Below are positions 49,925 through 60,283 of a stretch of 64,000 nucleotides of DNA, piece by piece. The DNA comes from Spirochaetaceae bacterium. GTDB lineage: Bacteria; Spirochaetota; Spirochaetia; DSM-2461. The notes beneath the pieces were generated by a model. That model ran no database searches. It worked only from the letters and a program-made list of their open reading frames with translations, and was not told the origin of the DNA. How positions within the stretch are numbered: position 1 is the stretch's first letter; each line of letters begins with the position of its first letter. The stretch spans positions 96,656-160,655 of the forward strand of contig JAOPTT010000006.1 of the NCBI GenBank assembly GCA_051531975.1, written 5' to 3'. The position numbers and the translations under genes are program-made.

Positions 49925-50527
49925 TTGAAAATTAAAATTATTTTAGTTATATTTACTATATTAGCATCATTTGGTTGTCAAACAGCAAATAATAGGGTTA
50001 CTAGAGTATCATCTGATCTTGAGACTGATTTAAGTGGTAGATGGAATGATACAGACTCAAGATTGGTTTCCGAAGAGATGACATTAGATCTATTAAATCG
50101 TACAATATTTTATGATTTTAAAGACGAGTTTGGTAAAAAACCGGTATTAATAATTGGACGCATAAAAAACAACAGTTCTGAACATATTAGTGTTCAAACA
50201 TTCATAAAAGATATTGAAAGAGAATTAATAAATAGTGGTCAAGTTAAACTTGTTGCATCAAGTAGCGAAAGAGATGGTATAAGAGATGAAAAAGAGGACC
50301 AACAGTCTAATTCTAGTCTTGAAACTGCAAAAAGATTAGCTCAAGAAACTGGTGCTGATATTATGTTAATTGGTAGTATTGCAACAATAAATGACCAACT
50401 TAATAATTCTAAAGTCGTTTATTATCAAGTTGATTTAGAATTAATTCATTTGGAATCTAATGAAAAAATGTGGATAGGAACTAAAAAACATAAAAAGATT
50501 ATTGAATTAGGTGGAGTTAAGTGGTGA
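49925..50527 (+). CDS. lpoB: Penicillin-binding protein activator LpoB-like lipoprotein
   Basis: Lipobox SFGC; DLSGRWNDTD, N.SSEHI, GAD.ML.GSI, YYQVDLEL; SD AAGGAG. Confidence 0.8.
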   Translation: MKIKIILVIFTILASFGCQTANNRVTRVSSDLETDLSGRWNDTDSRLVSEEMTLDLLNRTIFYDFKDEFGKKPVLIIGRIKNNSSEHISVQTFIKDIERELINSGQVKLVASSSERDGIRDEKEDQQSNSSLETAKRLAQETGADIMLIGSIATINDQLNNSKVVYYQVDLELIHLESNEKMWIGTKKHKKIIELGGVKW

Positions 50528-51885
50528 AACTAATAAAATTATTAGTTGTTTCATTACTATTTTTTACTGTTAATTCATGTGCATCTTTATATACAACTAA
50601 GTCTCATTATATAGATATCGATATGCATCTTGCTCAAGGATCTAGTGATAGTGCATTAAAAGCGCTACAGGTTGTTAAAGACAGTAGTTATACAGAGAAA
50701 GACAAAGTTTTATATTTCTTAGAAGAGGGGATGTTATTTAGATATGCCGGTTTATATAAAGAAAGTAATGTTTCATTAACTAAAGCAGAATATGCTATCG
50801 AAGATCTTTTAACAAAAAGTATATCTAAAGGTGTTTTATCAGGAGTTTTAAATGATAATGCACTAGAATATCCTGGTGAAGATTATGAGAATATTTATAT
50901 CAATATTTTTAAAGCCTTAAATTATCTTCAACTTAACAATTTAGAAGATGCTTTAATTGAAATTAGAAGAGTAAACTTTAAACTTACTCAGCTAGAAACT
51001 AAGTATTCTGGTGAAATAAATGATCTAAATAATTCAGAAGATTTTGATGTGCCATTAGCTGAATTAAGCTTCCATAACGATGCACTTGCTAGATACTTAG
51101 GAATTATAGCTTATAGGTTAGATGGATTGCTTGATGATGCAAGAATAGAATCTGATTATTTAGAAAAAGCTTATCGATATCAAGATGAAATATATAATTT
51201 TACACCACCTACGTTTCCAGATATTTCAAATGAGGAAACTTATGTAAATTTATTTGCATTTACAGGATTTCCTCCAGAAAAAATTGCCAACACAATAATT
51301 GCTAATGGAAAAAGTGGAAGTCTGTATTTAGGAGATAATACAGGTTTACCTTTTAATTCATTACATTTTCCTGGAGTCAGAAGTAATACTGTTTTAAAAT
51401 TAGAATTTCCTAATCTAGTAAAAACAGTAGATCCAGTTAATAATGTTAAAATTTATATTAATGGTGAATATTATGACAAATTAGAATTAATTGAAGCATT
51501 TGATAATATTTCTTTAGAAGCATTTAAACTAAAACAACCATTGATTATTGGAAAAACAGTTATAAGAGCAATTTCAAAATCTATTGTTTCAGATGTTTCT
51601 GAATCAGTAATTGAAGATCGATATGGATTTTTTGCTGGATTATTAGCTGATTTAGCTGGTGATGTATTTATGGTAGTTTCTGAAAACTCAGATCTTAGAG
51701 CATCTCATTATTTCCCTTCAAATATTAGAGGGCTTGAAATTGTTATGGAACCAGGTTTTTATGATTTTACATATGTTTATTATAACAATGCAAATTATGA
51801 ACTATATAGAGAAGATTTTAATAATGTAGAAATTAAATATAGAGATTTGAATATTATTGAATCTCACTTGTTGAGGAAAGAATGA
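50521..51885 (+). CDS. Lipoprotein, COG3014-like, associated with LpoB
   Basis: Lipobox VNSC; LY.LE.G, Y.GEDYE.IY.N.FKALNY...A.IE.RR, DLR. Confidence 0.7.
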   Translation: MVKLIKLLVVSLLFFTVNSCASLYTTKSHYIDIDMHLAQGSSDSALKALQVVKDSSYTEKDKVLYFLEEGMLFRYAGLYKESNVSLTKAEYAIEDLLTKSISKGVLSGVLNDNALEYPGEDYENIYINIFKALNYLQLNNLEDALIEIRRVNFKLTQLETKYSGEINDLNNSEDFDVPLAELSFHNDALARYLGIIAYRLDGLLDDARIESDYLEKAYRYQDEIYNFTPPTFPDISNEETYVNLFAFTGFPPEKIANTIIANGKSGSLYLGDNTGLPFNSLHFPGVRSNTVLKLEFPNLVKTVDPVNNVKIYINGEYYDKLELIEAFDNISLEAFKLKQPLIIGKTVIRAISKSIVSDVSESVIEDRYGFFAGLLADLAGDVFMVVSENSDLRASHYFPSNIRGLEIVMEPGFYDFTYVYYNNANYELYREDFNNVEIKYRDLNIIESHLLRKE

Positions 51886-52760
51886 AAAAGTTAGGATATT
51901 TATTATTAATTTTATTAATTTTATTAATGTTTTCTTGTGCGACTACTAAAAACCCTTCACAAAATGGATTATTAATACCACTTTGGTTTTCAGATCCAGG
52001 AACATATGTAGATGAAGAAGATAATATAATTTTTAAATCTAAAGAAAGAACAAAAGTAATTGCTGAGCGTAATATATATGAACAATCTATATATTTAAGT
52101 GATTATTTAGAACCTACTATGTTAAATGAATTCGTAGATTCTGAAAACTATGTATATCTTCTATATAGTATAAATAGAGATGACCTAACAAGATCTTTAA
52201 ACAACAAAATTGATGAAACAATGGTAGATTATAATAATTATATAAATGTTGCTGATAGTACAAGTGATGTATTAGAAAAATATTCTTTGTATATAAATAG
52301 CCAATCAATATTAGAAAATATTTCTTATATATATGAGCTTTCAGAAAAAGAACATTTAACTCTAAATAGGTCATATAATACTGATAAATCACTGTTACAA
52401 GAGAAAATTAATCTAGCAAAAGAACAGTTAGTATTTAGTGTCTCTGTTTCTGGAGATATCGATAATTTAATTAAAGATGCCATTTCAAATCAACTTCATG
52501 AATTAGGTTATGAAGAGTCTGAGTTTGGATTAGTTTTTATTGACGCTGTACTTAATTTGAAACCAGCAGAACTTGATAATGATTATATAAATAAATATTG
52601 GAACTTAACAATTTCGTTAAAAGACTATAATGGAGCAACTAAGGAATCTTTAAATTTTAAAGGTCGGGAAAGCAAATTAGATAATGAAGCAGTTAATCAG
52701 TTTATTTCCTCAATTGCTGTAAAAAAAATTGAGGAATCTTTAAAAACTATATTACCTTAG
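51882..52760 (+). CDS. Hypothetical lipoprotein (LPP20-like)
   Basis: Lipobox MFSC, P.W motif near N-terminus; coupled to upstream gene. Confidence 0.55.
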   Translation: MKKLGYLLLILLILLMFSCATTKNPSQNGLLIPLWFSDPGTYVDEEDNIIFKSKERTKVIAERNIYEQSIYLSDYLEPTMLNEFVDSENYVYLLYSINRDDLTRSLNNKIDETMVDYNNYINVADSTSDVLEKYSLYINSQSILENISYIYELSEKEHLTLNRSYNTDKSLLQEKINLAKEQLVFSVSVSGDIDNLIKDAISNQLHELGYEESEFGLVFIDAVLNLKPAELDNDYINKYWNLTISLKDYNGATKESLNFKGRESKLDNEAVNQFISSIAVKKIEESLKTILP

Positions 52761-53137
52761 TTTTTAAGTATCGCAATACATTCTATTTCAATTAATGCAT
52801 CTTTTGGCAGTCTACTAACTTCTACAGTAGATCTTGCCGGTTTATGCATAAAGTATTTATTATAGATCTCATTTACTATTATAAAATCATCCATATTTTT
52901 TAAGAATATGGTTGTTTTTATTACATTCTCTAAACTTGAATCCTCCGACTTTAATATCTCAGATAAATTTTTAATAACTAATTCTGTTTGCTCTTTTATT
53001 CCACCATGAATAAAGAGCTGAGTCTCTGGGTTTATAGAAATCTGCCCAGAGGTGTAAATTAAACCACCATATATAACAGCTTGTGAATAAGGTCCAATGG
53101 CTCTAGGTGCATTTTTTGTATTTACTTTTTTCATCAT
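52757..53137 (-). CDS. ridA: RidA/YjgF/UK114 enamine deaminase
   Basis: APRAIGPYSQA, SGQI, KTTIFL, PARSTVEVSRLP, IEIECIA. Confidence 0.95.
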   Translation of the reverse strand: MMKKVNTKNAPRAIGPYSQAVIYGGLIYTSGQISINPETQLFIHGGIKEQTELVIKNLSEILKSEDSSLENVIKTTIFLKNMDDFIIVNEIYNKYFMHKPARSTVEVSRLPKDALIEIECIAILKN

Positions 53138-53982
53138 TTTTTAGACTCCTTTATTATTTTAATCCATTCTTTATTAGATTCTGGTATAAATTTTAGTAGA
53201 AAACCACCCTTGTGGGAGAATAGTGTATTGTTTACTTCTGCTTTAGTAAAATCGACTTCATCATCACCTTTAAAAGTTCTATATAAAGTTCTTATATTAT
53301 TATCATCTTTATCAAATCCATAAATAACATGTATATTATGTAATTCTACAGTTTCTGCATCAACTGATTTAATAGCATTTGAAAGTTCAACAGGTGGAGG
53401 GTTGTTATATACTAGAATGTTAACACCATCAATTTCAAATATTGTACTATGTTCTTCTGTTTTTAGCCAAGATTCAGCTTTTATCTTTTCTTTTTCAAAT
53501 TCAATAATTGATTTAATACCATTTAGAAAAATTGAAGTAATTAGTATTGGTTGTTGTTCAAATTCTCTAAGGAGCAATTTTTGTGGGAAACTAAAATAAT
53601 TTATTGATTCACTATTAAATTTAAAGTCATCTAATGAGTTAGGTCCTCTTGTATCAACAGCTGATACTAATTTTATATATTCATGTAAACTACTGTTTTC
53701 TAAATGAGGGAAATAATGATCAAAGATTAAAATAGCTGCACAACCTAAGTCTTTAGATTGATGATGATCAAATTTAAAATTTTCAGGCTCTAAAAGAAGG
53801 CCACAGTCAACTAAATAATGGTCTATAGAATTATCTCTTGAATCATAACATTCTATCGCTTTATCAGTTTCAACTCTTATTATCTCTGTAGGCATTTCAT
53901 CCCTGTGAATTGCTATTAGTGTTATTCCAATTAGTTCATCCATATGTGCTTTGCCACTATGGGTTATTATATTATATGCCAA
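53134..53982 (-). CDS. MYG1/DHH-like metal-dependent hydrolase
   Basis: THSGKAHMDE, FDHHQ, D..G, FSHKGGF. Confidence 0.7.
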   Translation of the reverse strand: MAYNIITHSGKAHMDELIGITLIAIHRDEMPTEIIRVETDKAIECYDSRDNSIDHYLVDCGLLLEPENFKFDHHQSKDLGCAAILIFDHYFPHLENSSLHEYIKLVSAVDTRGPNSLDDFKFNSESINYFSFPQKLLLREFEQQPILITSIFLNGIKSIIEFEKEKIKAESWLKTEEHSTIFEIDGVNILVYNNPPPVELSNAIKSVDAETVELHNIHVIYGFDKDDNNIRTLYRTFKGDDEVDFTKAEVNNTLFSHKGGFLLKFIPESNKEWIKIIKESKK

Positions 53983-54069
53983 AATATACCTCTATTTAAA
54001 TTATATGTATCTTTAAGATAAATGTGAATCCTTAAATAATATTTAACTATATATCTTTTAGGAGTAGTT

Positions 54070-55584
54070 ATGAATATATATAGTTATTCATCCTCAGGTT
54101 ATGACGGTGATTTAGTGCAGATCGAAGTAAATATTTTTAACCGGTCACTGCCTGGGATAGATATTGTTGGGTTACCAGGTGGTGCTGTTAGAGAATCAAA
54201 AGTACGGTTTAGGTCAGCAATTATTAATTCTGGTTATGAATTTCCCAAAGGCAGAGTAATTATTAATATGGCTCCAGCAGGGGAGAGAAAAGAGGGCGCT
54301 TGTTTTGATCTTCCTTTTGCATGCAAAGTTATTTCATTCAATTTAAAACAACATGAAAACACAGATTTTTTAGTTTTAGGTGAATTAACCTTAGATGGTA
54401 AAGTAAGGAAAGTAAAAGGTATTTTGGCTGCTGTTTCGAAAGCTTTTGACCATGGGATATGTAATTTTATAATTCCAAAAGAGAACTGTGATGAGGCTCT
54501 TCTATTAGAAAAAGGAAATGTATTTCCAGTTGAATCCTTAGTGGATGCATATAATGTAATATTAGGTAATATTAGTCCATTTGTTACCTCTAACCTAATA
54601 AATATAGAAGATAATACAATAAATGACTTTAGTGATGTCATGGGTCAAGAAGGTGTAAAAAGAGCATTGCAAATAGCTGTTAGTGGTGGTCATAATATAT
54701 TACTATTTGGGCCTCCAGGAGTTGGGAAAAGTCTTAGCGTCTCATGTTTAGATTCAATAATTCCAGACCTATTAAAAGAGGAATCCTTAGAAACAACAAG
54801 AATATGGTCCCTAGCAGGAAGACTAGAAAATGAATCAGTATTTATTAGAAAACCTCCAATAAGAAAACCACACCATGGAGCATCTTTAGAAGGTTTAGTA
54901 GGTGGAGGAAAACATCATCAGCCAGGTGAGATATCATTAGCTCATAACGGTTACCTGTTCCTAGATGAAATAGCAGAGTTTAAAACTTCCATAATTCAAA
55001 GTCTAAGACAACCTATGGAGGAGAGAAGGGTGTCTTTAAATAGAGCAACAGTATCAACTTGGTACCCTGCAAACTTCAGGTTAATAGCAACAGCAAACCC
55101 ATGTCCATGTGCAAACCTAGGTAAAGAAGATGGTATCTGTATGTGCTCCGAGAAAGAGATTAGACGTTACTGGAAAAGAATGGGTGGAGCAATTATGGAT
55201 AGAATAGATATTAGAGTTCCTGTTACTCCTGTTTCAACTAAAGTAATGCTTGGAGAAAAAGGTGCTAATTCAAAGGATATAAAGATGAAGGTTGATATTG
55301 CTGTTAACAAACAAAGAGCACGATATAAAGACTCTTTAATCACCTGTAATGCAAGAATCCCATCAGGAGAAATTGATAAGTTTTGCTTTCTGTCTGAAGA
55401 GTTAAAACAGATGTTTATAAAAGGTGTTAACTCACTATCTTTATCATCAAGAGGCTGCCACTCTGTACTTAAAATATCTAGAACTATTGCTGATTTAGAA
55501 AGGTCAGAAAACATAACAGAAAAACATATAATGGAAGCATTTACTTATAGAAGGTATGGGGATGAGGATTATTATTTTAATTAA
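54070..55584 (+). CDS. comM: ComM/YifB Mg-chelatase-like AAA+ ATPase
   Basis: IVGLP..AVRES, GELTLDG, GPPGVGKS, PGEISLAHNGYLFLDE, NPCPC, DRID. Confidence 0.93.
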   Translation: MNIYSYSSSGYDGDLVQIEVNIFNRSLPGIDIVGLPGGAVRESKVRFRSAIINSGYEFPKGRVIINMAPAGERKEGACFDLPFACKVISFNLKQHENTDFLVLGELTLDGKVRKVKGILAAVSKAFDHGICNFIIPKENCDEALLLEKGNVFPVESLVDAYNVILGNISPFVTSNLINIEDNTINDFSDVMGQEGVKRALQIAVSGGHNILLFGPPGVGKSLSVSCLDSIIPDLLKEESLETTRIWSLAGRLENESVFIRKPPIRKPHHGASLEGLVGGGKHHQPGEISLAHNGYLFLDEIAEFKTSIIQSLRQPMEERRVSLNRATVSTWYPANFRLIATANPCPCANLGKEDGICMCSEKEIRRYWKRMGGAIMDRIDIRVPVTPVSTKVMLGEKGANSKDIKMKVDIAVNKQRARYKDSLITCNARIPSGEIDKFCFLSEELKQMFIKGVNSLSLSSRGCHSVLKISRTIADLERSENITEKHIMEAFTYRRYGDEDYYFN

Positions 55585-55680
55585 ATTTGAAACTTGTTTT
55601 GTAAGTTGTATAATTTTTTGATTAATGAAATATTTCTATATTAAAATTTCTAGTGAATTAGGGGAATTCCAAAGGGCAGC

Positions 55681-55899
55681 TTTTTGTTCTTGTCATTGAA
55701 ATAACTTTTATATTTCTGATTTTCTTGTCAGATTAAAGCAATCCTTGGAATAATTGGTTTCCAGTTGATAAGATAAAAAAGAGTGAACTCGATTAGATAA
55801 AATAGTGATTTAAGAAGTAGCATATTTATAGAATCGGCATATTACAATATCTGTGGAATTACTGAAATACTTTTTGGCGGTAATTTATTGTCAGTACGC
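55681..55899 (-). mobile_element. Truncated 5' end of rve-integrase IS-like element (copy 1)
   Basis: Aligns by eye to 57350-57571 (AGAAGTAGCATATT.ATAGAATCGGCATATTA...CGGTAATT). Confidence 0.75.
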
Positions 55900-56427
55900 C
55901 AACCACATTATCTGTCTATAGAAATCTTTCATCATTTCAAATTTTTAGTGAAGTCTTTTTACACTATAAATAGTAATTTCGCCATTCCATATGCGCTAAT
56001 TGAATTCAGTATCCCTGAATCACTAGTAAAAAACCACTTTTAAATCTGATATTTTTGATCTTTAGTCAGTCCTGTATGATAATAGACTATATCATCCCGT
56101 CCGGTTCTATTAACAAGGAAATTATTGGTTAGCTTTGTACTTACTCTACAGCAGTGGAAAATTATAGAATGAGTTCGAACCCTATTTATCACACTTAACA
56201 GTGCCTCCTGTTTGTTTTATTTATTGCAGGCATTACAGAGTAAAAAATATTAGTTCTATACCCGTAGTAACAATTTAATAAGGTAAAACTAATTCAGATT
56301 AAAAATACTGTATCTTGATGGTATTTCTGGATTTAAAGAAAATTGAGTCGTTAATTTATCTGCATATCTATTGACGATATCCGTTAAATTGAAGATTCCT
56401 ACAAATATTTGAAAACATTTATCCCAT

Positions 56428-57571
56428 GGTTAATGTAGAAATATTACCATATAAACTCAGCTGGCTCTGTAATAATGATTGTGCAATCCGTAGAGGACCG
56501 GCTTCTTCTTCACTTTACCGGAGATATCAGGAGGTCTACCTTCTGGGATTGCTCCAAGACCTTGATGTGGGCGATATTGATTATAATATTCCATGTAGGA
56601 ATTTATGATATTCCTCAACTGCTTCTTTGAGAAGATGATAAACCAAACTAAACATTCCTGTCTTACAGATCTGAAAAATATCTCGGCATATGCATTGAGA
56701 TTGGGAGAGTAGGGAGTGGTTGCAACTCCATTGATTTCGTATACCTTATATGGGAAGTGTTTAAGTTCACCAGAGTTATCATGAATCAAATATGAGTAAG
56801 GATAAAGCTCTTCAAAATAAGAAAACTGACTTCTCAGGAACTTTATATTCGGATTCCGGGTGATATTATAATGAACAATATTCCTGCTCTTGAGTTCTAT
56901 AATGAAGAAGACATAGAATCTTTTAAACCCAAAGATATCAACAGTAAAGAAGTCACAAGCGAATATAGAGTGCCAATGAGATTTAAAAAAACCTGCTACA
57001 TGAATAATTGGGATTGATGTCTCCAGATTTACGGAAATCCTGAATGACTTTCCTGATTGTCTCTCTGGATATATCGATAGAAATCTTCTCTAACTCATCT
57101 TGGATGCGCATACAGCCCCAAAGATAGTTTTCAATCTTTAATTTATTAATGAGGAGTTTCATTGCTTTTGAAATAGGAGGTCTGCCGCTTTTTCTGGTTT
57201 TAGGTTTATTATAAGTCCAGTAATCTTTGATAGTTTTTTTCATTTGTAAAGAATTGTCTCTTGAGTTACAAGTGTGAATGTTCTTGTTTTTGGATTGCTG
57301 ATGAACATTGAACGGACAAACCATTTCTCTTGAATGGAGAAGGTGAGATTTATGTTCTTCTCATCAAAGTACCGTTTATATCTCTGGTTCTCTTGCCAGA
57401 TTAGAGAAATTTTAGGAATAATAGATTTTCTGTTGATGATGTAGAAGATGGAGAATTCAAGTAGTTGAAGCAATGATTTTAGAAGTAGCATATTCATAGA
57501 ATCGGCATATTAAAAGGGGGTCTGTGAAATTGTTGAAATATTTTTTGTCGGTAATTAGTTGGTAGAACGGG
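56428..57571 (-). mobile_element. Near-complete IS-like element (rve/DDE integrase core) with imperfect terminal inverted repeats
   Basis: Contains frameshifted transposase; ends GGTTAATGTAGAAATATTACC (56428) vs reverse complement of GGTAATTAGTTGGTAGAACGGG (57571). Confidence 0.7.
56457..57497 (-). pseudogene. Integrase-core (rve) transposase pseudogene, two frameshifts
   Basis: Joining ORFs 57240-57497, 56983-57324 and the frame ending 56457 gives KSGRPP, EN.LWG..RIQDEL, HW.SIFACDFFTVD, LIHDN, SPNLNAYAE..FRSVRQECL, YN..RPHQGL; breaks near 57240 and 56985. Confidence 0.85.
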
Positions 57572-57730
57572 AGTAGTACGTGAAAATCTAAAAAGCCATA
57601 GCACGGGCTTAATGCCTATATCAGTAATAAAAATTTATACTTCTTATTGTGGATGTATTTTCTTCTTATCCACTGTAAGTTTTTTTGGGATTAGTATTCT
57701 CTATTGACATCAATAATAATAAAACCTATC

Positions 57731-57778
57731 ATTTTGGTAGGAATTAAAATATCTATTTTAGTAGGAATTGAAATATCT
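57731..57778 (+). repeat. Two tandem 24-bp direct repeats upstream of the lipoprotein SD
   Basis: ATTTTGGTAGGAATTAAAATATCT / ATTTTAGTAGGAATTGAAATATCT. Confidence 0.9.
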
Positions 57779-57796
57779 ATTTTATAAGGAGCTTGT

Positions 57797-58315
57797 ATGA
57801 AAGTAAAGTATATGATTATTGTACCATTTCTTCTGTTTTTTCTTTTTGGATGTGACTTCTTAGGGTTAAATGAAGGTGATGATGGAACACCCATTACACC
57901 TTATAATGCCCTAGCAGGGCAATGGACGAGAACAGAGTTAATCGATGAAGTTGGGGATGATTTTGGCAAATATTGGTATGAGACTTACCAGTTTGAGGCT
58001 GATAGTATGCTTCAACTGAGTGGGATTTGTGATGATGCTGACTGCACTACTGGTGTCGTTCCAGATCCAAGCTCATCTCAATCTGTAACATATGGTGGAA
58101 CAGTAACTTCAACAGAAGGCCTCTCAGTCTATGAGGTCGATTTTGAGAACAGTGAAGGTGGTGAGTTTTATACTATAATCCATGTTGATTCTAGTGTGGA
58201 TCCACATGTTCTCACATTTGGTGATTCTGATGCAGATTCGGATTATGATGGTTCAACTGCTCTTAAACGTGTGCAAGGGCTAGGATCTAACCCGGAAACT
58301 TTTAGCAGACCATAG
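57797..58315 (+). CDS. Acidic hypothetical lipoprotein (lipocalin-like beta fold possible)
   Basis: Lipobox LFGC; SD AAGGAG; LAGQW motif near N-terminus. Confidence 0.75.
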   Translation: MKVKYMIIVPFLLFFLFGCDFLGLNEGDDGTPITPYNALAGQWTRTELIDEVGDDFGKYWYETYQFEADSMLQLSGICDDADCTTGVVPDPSSSQSVTYGGTVTSTEGLSVYEVDFENSEGGEFYTIIHVDSSVDPHVLTFGDSDADSDYDGSTALKRVQGLGSNPETFSRP

Positions 58316-58320
58316 TAGGC

Positions 58321-58357
58321 TTTAATTTCTTCAGATTTAGTTTCTGAAGAAATTAAA
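58321..58357 (+). terminator. Hairpin after lipoprotein gene
   Basis: Perfect 15-bp inverted repeat TTTAATTTCTTCAGA-N7-TCTGAAGAAATTAAA. Confidence 0.65.
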
Positions 58358-58787
58358 TTTTTATTACTGTAATGTTTAACATCATTGATTTCCATTATAT
58401 GGCTGAGTGCACAATTTTGTATTAATTAAGAAAGTTCTCATTAAAATAAATCATTAGTATATAATCTAGAAAAAGTTATAAAATTAGTTAAATATTCAAA
58501 TACTGATTCACTACTACAACCTAATACAATAATAACTATTACTACTTAAAAGTTTAAAATAGCAACTAAAGCTGCCCATAGTGAAAACTTAATATGACAA
58601 AAGTAAATCAGATAAAAATTGATGCAACTCAATTGATCTCATAAGCTTTAATAAATTTGAATCAGAAATAAATCAGACATATGTTGGTTATAACCAGTAA
58701 ATTAAAGCTTTCCAACAATATTTTAAAACACCTATCCTGAGGATAATGACGAAACATTTTAATATTAGATTAGCTGGATCTGAAATA

Positions 58788-58923
58788 ATGACGATGTATA
58801 AGAGGGTAAACTCAAGTAATTTAAGAAATTATTTTTGAAGTAGGATATTTATAGAATCGGCAAGTTAAAATGTCTCTAAAATTACTGAAATATTTTATGA
58901 CCGTAATTTATTGTCAGTTCGGG
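58788..58923 (-). mobile_element. Truncated 5' end of the rve-integrase element (copy 3)
   Basis: GAAGTAGGATATTTATAGAATCGGC...CGTAATTTATTGTCAGTTCGGG matches copies at 55681-55899 and 57430-57571. Confidence 0.7.
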
Positions 58924-59119
58924 ACTACCTGGTTTTCTGTTTTATACTATTATATATGTTTTGGGTTGAACTGAATTAGAGTTTTAATATAGATTTATAC
59001 TTTACAAATAATGGCTTCTTTTATTACATCACATAAACCTTTATACAATCTATAATAATTCAAAATGTTGGAATATTCAAATCTGGCTTTATGTCTATTC
59101 AGTTGGGGGAATTCCACTA

Positions 59120-59440
59120 TTGGGCAAGAGATTGGTGTTTATTATATTAGAATTGAATACCCGAAAGATTGATAAGTGGAGTTTAACTGAAAATCAAAAT
59201 AGGGAGTTCGTCAGACAACAAATAATTTATTTCGCATATGAATATAAGGAATCTAAAACTCTTATATATGATAAAGCTCCGTAATTTACATCAATCGACT
59301 ATTCTGATTATTGAATTACATGAGTAAATATTTCTCTCGCTTCACCGAACATGAATGCATTTGTAGAAATATTGAACGTAACTATTAGAAGAGAAGCTCT
59401 CGATCATTTTCTCCAGTTTTCTGAAAAGAAAGTTAGATGT
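59120..59440 (+). pseudogene. Decayed rve integrase-core fragment (opposite orientation)
   Basis: Translates as GKRLVFIILELNTRKI..W.LTEN..REFVRQQ...LIYDKAP*F...SPNMNAFVE.LN.TIRREALDHF..FSEKKVR with 3 in-frame stops. Confidence 0.8.
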
Positions 59441-59554
59441 AAATCTATGATATATCACCTAAACCAGAAGAGATTCGTGACTATAAAAAATGGACTAAAG
59501 AGTTAATTAAAATCATGTTTAAAGATGATTATATTAAAGATATATTTTAATATT

Positions 59555-59582
59555 AGACACATTAATCGGGTGTCTTTTTTTT
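59555..59582 (+). terminator. Hairpin + T-run upstream of MORN gene
   Basis: AGACAC-N9-GTGTCT followed by T-run. Confidence 0.6.
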
Positions 59583-59590
59583 AAAACCAT

Positions 59591-59619
59591 TTGATTTACA
59601 TAAAAAGACACAATATAAT
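59591..59619 (+). promoter_or_regulatory. Candidate sigma70 promoter of MORN gene
   Basis: TTGATT-N17-TATAAT; SD GAGGGG before ATG 59650. Confidence 0.55.
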
Positions 59620-59649
59620 ATATATATATATAAAGAAAACGAGGGGTTT

Positions 59650-59937
59650 ATGATGGAAGAAGTCAAATATGAAAACTGTGAAAACGGTTCTATTGAAAAA
59701 GAAATAACATATGTAGATGGTATAAAACATGGCCTTGCTAAATCATATCATCCATTGGGAACATTACGAAGTGTTGGAACATTCTATAATGGAGAACTTC
59801 ATGGTGTAAGTGTTGTATATCATCTCGATGGTACTACTCTTGCAGGTGTAAAAGTCTTTGAACATGGTAAAAGTGTTGGACCTACAACAGTATATGAAAA
59901 AGATGGTTCTCTAAGAACAATTGATAAAAAAGATTAA
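59650..59937 (+). CDS. MORN-variant repeat protein (YwqK antitoxin-like)
   Basis: Repeated Y.DG.KHG..KSYH..G.L / F.NGELHG..VVYH.DG. Confidence 0.8.
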   Translation: MMEEVKYENCENGSIEKEITYVDGIKHGLAKSYHPLGTLRSVGTFYNGELHGVSVVYHLDGTTLAGVKVFEHGKSVGPTTVYEKDGSLRTIDKKD

Positions 59938-59951
59938 ACATACAAATAAAC

Positions 59952-59979
59952 AGACATCTTACCAGGGTGTCTATTTTTT
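59952..59979 (+). terminator. Hairpin + T-run downstream of MORN gene
   Basis: AGACATCT-TACC-AGGGTGTCT then ATTTTTT. Confidence 0.65.
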
Positions 59980-60283
59980 GTCCAAAATATATAAAAAACG
60001 TACTATAAAATCTCATTATTACTTTTTATTTACACAAGATAACTTTAGATAACAACAAGAAAGCATAGTTATTGAAAAGGTGATTGTTATGATTATTGAA
60101 GAGTATATGGTCTTGGGTTATTTTTTACATCTGCCATCAAAACATAGACTTTTTCTAATATACAGATATATAAATTATGTTCATATTCCTTCGCTCATTA
60201 CTTAATACAATATTCAAGATAATTTTCAATATGCTGTACCTACCACTTAATCCAATGATTTTGATTTATTAAATCTTTAATAA

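Larger units (their letters stand above)
55585..60283. mobile_element. Accessory island bracketed by comM and a partial comM duplicate
   Basis: Low coding density, multiple IS remnants, flanked by ~0.9 kb imperfect direct repeats of comM 3' region. Confidence 0.65.

Noticed and set aside
1148..55514. Numerous short antisense or alternate-frame ORFs in the ORF track (e.g. 15002-15502, 31095-31475, 54234-54641)
   Set aside because: Shadow ORFs inside well-supported genes, without motifs or SDs.
55900..56210. Possible small minus-strand gene after an AGGAGG SD
   Set aside because: Only ~50 codons with no recognisable motif; probably a decayed relic.
58440..58600. Hydrophobic minus-strand reading frame
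   Set aside because: Interrupted by a stop, no start identified; cannot assign.
55800..58923. Three ~100-bp repeats as CRISPR or integron attC array
   Set aside because: Spacing is 1.3-1.7 kb, each repeat runs into transposase coding sequence, and there are no cas or intI genes or GTTRRRY boxes.
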